Origin: Pocillopora damicornis
Lineage: Eukaryota
NCBI RefSeq assembly: GCF_003704095.1
Contig: NW_020845464.1
Coordinates: 62,001 to 126,000, forward strand
Reading direction: 5' to 3'
DNA: 64,000 bases
Each line of letters opens with the position of its first letter. The first letter of the stretch is position 1. The position numbers were made by a program, and so were the translations under genes. Positions 58,301-64,000 of the stretch are shown here, piece by piece. The notes under the pieces were generated by a model. That model was given only the letters and a program-made list of their open reading frames with translations, had not been told where the DNA came from and did no database searches.

Positions 58301-58575
58301 AGGACTGACCTTGTTTTATGTTCAACTGCTCGAATCTCTTCAACTGTATGATTGGAAAAGAGTGCATCACTGTCCACTTCAGCATCCCAAGAAACTGTTC
58401 AATAAAATAAATGAGTCAGCATCTCTATAAAGCAGCGCAGAATTAACAATTTAAACATCTAAAGGTCGATAATTAGGATCGTAAACTAACTTGTCTTAGA
58501 GTTTCCATGACGTGGCGACAAAGGAGAAACTGGCGTTGTTCCTTTGGAGGATGTGGAGCTACGTGCAGTCGCCAT
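43317..58575 (-). CDS. COG1: Conserved oligomeric Golgi complex subunit 1 (some exons in gaps; final exon unresolved)
   Basis: Exons 58575-58491, 58394-58310, 57766-57722, [gap], 56984-56878, 55630-55558, 55388-55269, 54756-54691, 54343-54302, 54219-54096, 53385-[gap], 52056-51951, 51380-51261, 50873-50608, 50193-49948, 48901-48785, 48007-47900, 47156-47129, 46756-46683, 46057-45964, 45370-45293, 45215-45139, 44493-44199, 43523-43317. Peptides LFSNHTVEEIR..DIEQKKEDLRLMVG, QMKLLVDTPEKVWSALE, LAESLCAILLLEESSPRQVL, KGLASIRDAVWDLL, QNRALQILFDLRF, IDPFDLDVFSPH and HNVMPLA...RFNLLPLS match COG1. Confidence 0.95.
43683..43867. mobile_element. ~185-bp MITE with ~24-bp terminal inverted repeats
   Basis: GTCACTTCGCCGACGTGTCAACTC...GAGTTGACGTGTCGGCAAAGTGAC; internal CGCCGAC subrepeats. 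Confidence 0.75.
46085..46292 (-). mobile_element. piggyBac-like MITE, family A, degenerate
   Basis: TTAACCATTTGAACTC...GGAAATGTGTAGAGAACAGTACGGAGAATATGCATACTGAT matches the 15679 copy. Confidence 0.8.
48555..48760. mobile_element. Penelope-like inverted-repeat (pLTR-type) fragment with hammerhead motif
   Basis: Arms TTTTATCAACT...AGTTAATAAAA shared with the 52458 and 60551 copies. Confidence 0.7.
48591..48625 (-). ncRNA. Minimal type I hammerhead ribozyme motif
   Basis: GCU-CUGACGA-A-GGGC(UAAC)GCUC-GAAA-CAUC-AGC: both core boxes, a 4-bp stem II, a UC cleavage site and a GCU/AGC stem I. Confidence 0.75.
49073..49370. mobile_element. Foldback element
   Basis: ATGGAAAGTGC..GAACGATTTTTATTCAC pairs with GTGAATAAAAATCGTTC..GCACTTTCCAT. 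Confidence 0.8.
52458..52817 (-). mobile_element. 3'-end fragment of a Penelope-like retroelement with degenerate hammerhead (52675-52710)
   Basis: Minus strand TCATTCAACTAA...CGTT-CTGAAGA-AGAGC-TAAC-GCTT-CAAA-CGTC-AGC followed by the shared arm. Penelope assignment rests on the known association of this ribozyme type with these elements. Confidence 0.65.
53570..53880. mobile_element. Interspersed repeat; related fragment at about 13100-13225
   Basis: Shared AAACA...AATGT...GTGACATCAT...GTCT...AGATCAT..A. Confidence 0.5.
54905..54990 (-). mobile_element. SINE fragment
   Basis: GAGCAAGGAC...AACAAACTCAACCCACACATGACACC resembles a common cnidarian tRNA-SINE in reverse orientation (from memory). 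Confidence 0.55.
57463..57663 (+). mobile_element. piggyBac-like MITE, family B
   Basis: TTAACCCTTTA...TAAAGAGTTAA termini with a different interior from family A. Confidence 0.8.
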
Positions 58576-58911
58576 GATGGTTTTAAATAAGGGCCCTTGA
58601 GATCGTACACAATGATCTACATTCAAGATTTACATTGTGATTTTCATAAAGTAGATATTTAAGAGAAAATATTTCAGAGAACTCAGTACTCTTTAGCTTC
58701 ACAACATCTTCCGAGTTATTACCAAACTCTGTGGGGACACTGGGAACGAATATTGATCGGTCAACGTTTCATGTAGAGTCACTGGACAACATAGGTGTAC
58801 TTACATGATATACTAACATCATGATGACGAATTTAATTTGGGTTTTTACGAGGTTTGATCAACAAGCGAATTGAAATATTCCTGTGGACCAGCTATGTGC
58901 ATTTGAAGGAA
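58576..58911. promoter_or_regulatory. Bidirectional promoter between COG1 and HAX1
   Basis: Divergent ATGs separated by 336 bp. Confidence 0.7.
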
Positions 58912-61900
58912 ATGCCGAGTGTAACTGAGATTTTCAGATTGTTATTTGGGCCTCCAAAAGAGCGACTCGACACAAACGAATTACCAAGGTGGGTAGAAGC
59001 CCATAAAATTAATGAGAAATGCGTGCATCGTATTACTCTCTCTCGTATGGTGGTTTCACTTTCAAGAAATAAAAACGTGTGGACTTTTAACTCAACTTTT
59101 TCTCGGAGACGTACTTGGCCAGAATCATAGTTTTCTGTTTTTTCGTTTTTTGTTTTTACTGTTAAAAACCGTAGCCTGAATGTCTGTAGATTAGTCATCA
59201 GATAAATTATAATGAACTACAAATGCAATGCAAGAATTAGACCAAATATATCAACTTGAAATAAATTTCTATTTTTGACTGTTCCTAATCCAGAGAAATT
59301 CAACAGGATTTTGATAACCTTTATGGAAGGGGATCAGTGCTTCATTTGGAGGTAGAACCTCCAGATTATCACGAAGAATGGAGAATATATGGTGGACATA
59401 ATCCAGAGCAGGGAGATCTTGAACACTTTTTTCATTCCAGTGAGGGTGATTTCCAACAGGAGTTTGATCAGATGTTTCAGAACATTTTTGAACGATTTCT
59501 TGGTGATTTTAATCCCCCATCCCAAGGTTTGTTTAGCAGTCTTTCACCACTTTTGATTTTGCCTTAAATTAAGTTGCGCTTTCCCTGAAAGCAACCTTAC
59601 AAGGATTTCGTTGTGTAATTGGTTGATCAGTTGAAATGCATCTAAACCTTTAGAAAAAGAAAAATTGAAATACAATTATGATAAGGTGCTTTGTCTTGAA
59701 ATGAATTAATGAGTGTGTGTACATGTACAGTTGACTGAGTGCTGTGAAATTAATATTTTAGCCTGAATGTTAATTCAGCATAGAGGAGCTGATGAAGTGT
59801 ATTGGCAATTTTTCAATCAAATATTTTCCTCTTTGTGAAGGTAGAATGCAACATACATGTATCATTAAATTTTTTAATGCTAGAACTTGACAGATCTAAT
59901 AAAAAATTGATAGGAATACAGGAAAATGTTGACACATTTTAACAGACTGAAGGTTTTTTTGATTAACACTCTGCATGCAGTTACATTTCATCAGATATTA
60001 AGCCTGGCACCCAGTTAATTTGATAGAATGGCACTCTGTCTTTTTGCTGTTTACAGGTTCATTCACCTCTGAGGAGAAAACACCAAAATAGCTTATAATT
60101 TTATTGGATTCTGCATTAAATAGCTTTCACAGTAGTGGAACCTATTAATAGATATTTCACTTTCATTGATGAGAATTGTGGCAGTTTCCTGTAAGTTGTA
60201 ATTTTATTTGTGTAGTGTTTTGAAGGAAATTTCACCATCCAGTTTTTGTAACCCTAGCAACCAGTAAGTTCTAAACTTTGTTTTGTCCATAACAGCCTTA
60301 CCACCAGGTTCACCGTCAGAAAGGCCACAGGAAAATTTTTCTCAACGCCCCAAATCCCTAAGGGATAGAATGCTTAAAGGCCCAGATACACCTCATGGCA
60401 ATGATGACCTCCCTGATCAGGTAATTCACACTCAACTACAATTGTTAATTTTGAACTGATTCAGTTGTGTTAGTCAGAGTTACTATTAGTAAGAGGAATT
60501 CTTAACTCATGTAGAGTACTTTTCAAAAAACTTAATAATTGAAGAAAAAAATAATTTGGTTTTATCAGCTGAATTGATAATATAAATTAGCCACCATAGA
60601 GAGTTTCTGAAGCTGACATTTCAAGCTATAGCCCTTTGTCGGGGCAAAATGGAATGTCAGAATGTCAGCGTTAGAAAATCTTTGCAGTAGCCAATTTATA
60701 TTACCAACTCCGTTGATAAAACCAAATTATATAACAACCCCTTTCTTTGTTGCACACCACAGTTTCTGTAAGAATGTACCCCTTTTACTTTTAGAAAGGG
60801 CTGTCAATAATTTTCATTGTCTCATCTCTTACACCTCTGTATAATTATGTTTTACTTTGATTTAGCTTAGAGGCAGTCAGTTGGATGGTCCTCCCTCTCC
60901 TCCTTCTTCATTTATGGTAAGTCAGATAACAACACACAGGTGTTATCAAATTGTCCTTTTGCTTTGTCAAGGAAGGGGGGGAGCAATAAAAACTCTTAAT
61001 ATTTAATAATTAGTGATGATGAAGTTGGGCGCAAATATAAGTTAGCCATCATACTGCTGTTAGACAAGCTACACACAGAAACAATGTCAGTCAGTTTACT
61101 TTAAATAAAAAGTTTGCAAAGTTCATTTTCAATTGTTAGGTGATATTTTTTAATCCAAAGGGCATTTAGAGGGGGGAGGGGACTGGATCATACAACACAT
61201 TACTGAATGGTGTTAGTAGATTTCTTTTAAGAATGTAATTAACTTTGTTCTGTCAGTCTCAAGTTTGACAGTCAGAACTGCCAGTTGAAAGAGAAGAAGA
61301 ATGGTTATCATAATGTTTCAGATTTGCTTGGGCATTTCCAACACCTATTTTATTTTTTTCAGTTTGGTGATTTCTGGAAATTACCATTTGGTGGATTGAG
61401 ACATCCTGATCAAAGAGCTGACGTAGGTGTGTAGAAACTCAAACTGGCAGAATATTGTNNNNNNNNNNNNNNNNNNNNNNNNNNNNNNNNNNNNNNNNNN
61501 NNNNNNNNNNNNNNNNNNNNNNNNNNNNNNNNNNNNNNNNNNNNNNNNNNNNNNNNNNGACAGTGAGGTGAACTACTAAGGAGATCTTGGGTGTGAAAAG
61601 GTTAAGAATTCTGTGTTTTTGAACTGTTTTTAATCATTTCATACTCTCTTGTCTCAGATGTAGGATAAGTGGCTACATTAAAACAAAGTATTTATCTTCT
61701 TTTTCTTATTGACAGATTTCTGAAACAAAAACCACAAGAAGAGATTCTAGTGGGAAAGAAGAGGTGAAATTTATACACTTTGCTAACTGTGTTTATGTTT
61801 TACTCTTTCCTCCCATTTTGCTTTATTTTACTACTGGTAATCTTTGTTCTCCTTAGGATGTGATTCATTATTCCTGCAGACCAAAGCCTTGAAGGATGAT

Positions 61901-62888
61901 TATGCCCTAGAAAGTTTTAATAAAAACAAATTATTAAATTAAGACACCAAACACATTTTGAGATTCTAAAAGAGTAGCCTAACTTTTGAAAGATGTGCCA
62001 ATAATTTCACTTCATATGCGGCCATTTTTAGTACTGCTTAGCAACCTAGCCATGTACCTGTGTTTCAACCACCCCTTTTCCCTTCGTTTACAACTTTGAT
62101 CGAATAATTAGGAACTGCTCAGTCAAGAAGGTAAATAGAATTAAATTAATATGTATATTTCTCAATTGGCACAGAAAAAGAAATTGATTTCTGAAGCATA
62201 CCTAATTATCCTTTAAAAGTCTTACATCTGCCAAACCCTACTCTTGGTATAGTAGTTTACGAGGTTTGCTTGATTTTCTGCAGGTGACAATAACGCGAAG
62301 AATTGGTGATGAATTGCACACTATTAGAAGGAGAAAAGGCAGTTCTGGGAATGAAGAGACAGAGGAAGATACAGTTAACGTAAACAGTGGTAAGCACTTG
62401 TGTGCAAACAAGTGATTATTGCCTCTATCAGTGCAGGAGGCCTTAATTGTTCTTCAGTAAGCTGTGAACTACAAGATCAGCTTTGGGGTTACATTCAAAA
62501 CTCATCACCTTTACCTTGATAATTCCGGTCTTAAATATTTTTTTAAAGCTTAGTGGCGTAGAAGTATGTGCCGATGTAAATCTCCACCGCTAGCCAACAC
62601 TGGGGTGAATAGTTGTTTCGGTATTTACTAAAACAGTGAGATGATATGACACAGGGATGATTAACTCATTTATTCCTGCAACGGAGTTAGAACAGCCAAT
62701 CAGAGCGCACCTCTGATGCTATCCACTGTTTATCTGTGGGTGAATTTCCTTAACGCTCTTTTTTATAATTCAATCTATTTGCAGAATCGTTTCCATATTT
62801 GTCGGATGGCAATGCCTCAAACCCACAACCATCCTTGTTCTCCATAGTCGAGTCTCTCATGGAAGACTTCTTCCCCCGACGAAGGTAG
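58912..62888 (+). CDS. HAX1: HCLS1-associated protein X-1 homolog
   Basis: Exons 58912-58988, 59294-59526, 60296-60420, 60866-60916, 61363-61426, [gap], 61716-61763, 62284-62389, 62785-62888. MPSVTEIFRLLFG (cf. MSLFDLFRGFFG), SLRDRMLKGPD (cf. TLRDSMLKYPD), ETKTTRRDSSGKEEVTITR (cf. EERRTVVDSEGRTETTVTR), C-terminus SLFSIVESLMEDFFPRRR*. Confidence 0.85.
60551..60790. mobile_element. Penelope-like foldback fragment with decayed hammerhead (60611-60645)
   Basis: Perfect 17-bp arms ATAATTTGGTTTTATCA/TGATAAAACCAAATTAT; minus strand CCGACAA-AGGGC-TATA-GCTT-GAAA-TGTC-AGC. Confidence 0.7.
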
Positions 62889-64000
62889 CACTTTGGAATT
62901 CCGACAGGGAATTAAACACTTTGAAGTCTCAAAATTCAAGCCGTTGTGGAAATTCACGTGTAGTTTATCACGCACAGAAATATCTTTTTCTGGCGTTGTA
63001 ATGGGATAGAGAAACGTCGTGGTCAAACGGGAACGTCAGTTTTATTGAAATCTTTCACTTGTGCTGTGGGAGTTTTATTATCACCTAAGAATGATTTTCG
63101 AGGAATGTTAAAGTAATGTGGGATTGCACCAGCTCTGCCTCTATTCGCTCTGTGATTGCTTTTTAATTAGCACCACTTTCCCAACCAACTGGGTGCAAAA
63201 CTAAAATCAATCGCGACTTGGTCGGTCATTCGCGTGTTTTGCACGTCAGGAAGTTTGCATTTGATTGACTCCTGTTGATAACTTTGTTTGATTTGCTTTG
63301 TGACTACTATTTGATTTCTTTGTGTTTGATTTCACGATGCTCAAATGAAAAGCGCTCTATGCAAATACAGTATAGTCCAAAAATACATATTCCCTTGAAC
63401 CCATACAAAATGTTTTTCTCTGTAACACACGGTATCGTAGGGGAAAAAAGCTACAGGCTCCAAGAAAACGTCAGTTTGAGTGAGAGAACAAAATTTTGGA
63501 AATTGCATAACATAGTACCTTGTCAGCTTTAAGTCTGATTCTCAGTCTGATTACGGAAGCTATCTTAATTAACAGCTACAAGGTAACAACTTTAAAATTG
63601 TTCTGTTTGTTAACGCTGGAGAATTTGATCCACCAGAATAAAGGAATACAGAGCGGAGTAACTAGTGACGTGTGTGTGTGTGCGTGCATATTTGTCAATT
63701 CTTTCCTTTGTGCCCAACGTTGTCGTATTTTTTTCCCCAAACTTTCTCAACTTCTCCAAGTAGCCCTACTCAACTGTATCTTGGCATTCTCTCTTATCTT
63801 TGTAGCCATGACTCCAGCTTTACAAAAGAAATTGATATGCGTCATACAATGGAGCTTGAGGTCGAATGGAAAATATAGCAAGGCCAAGGTATATTATTTT
63901 AACGGAAAGTTCATCTTCCTTGTCAGTGGTCAAGAGTCCACCAGCAAATAACTACAACATCAAGATCTATCAATTCATCATACCCCACAAGCTCTTTCGT

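Noticed and set aside
63520-64000. 143-aa plus-strand ORF and a possible decayed minus-strand reading frame
   Set aside because: No recognisable protein; the minus frames contain multiple stops and are cut by the window edge

Overview
AT-rich, intron-rich eukaryotic (animal) DNA with six assembly gaps. The repeat families look like those of stony corals (inference from remembered repeat consensus, not verified). Manual splicing supports seven protein genes: the 3' end of a UACA/RAI14/ANKRD24-family gene (+), mitochondrial NADP-isocitrate dehydrogenase IDH2 (-), cyclin Q CCNQ (-) head-to-head with the small complex III subunit gene UQCR11 (+, absent from the ORF track), the KH-RING RNA-binding gene MEX3 (-) in a long non-coding domain, and COG1 (-) head-to-head with HAX1 (+). 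Introns carry TTAA-terminated piggyBac-like MITEs, foldback elements, tRNA-derived SINE fragments and three Penelope-type repeats with minimal hammerhead ribozyme motifs. The best leads are the intronic hammerheads, apparent ancient linkage of UQCR11/MEX3/IDH2/HAX1/UACA, an orphan TATA promoter rich in inducible motifs at about 38.2-38.6 kb, and in-phase cryptic exons downstream of IDH2. No clearly new biological system can be proven from sequence alone.
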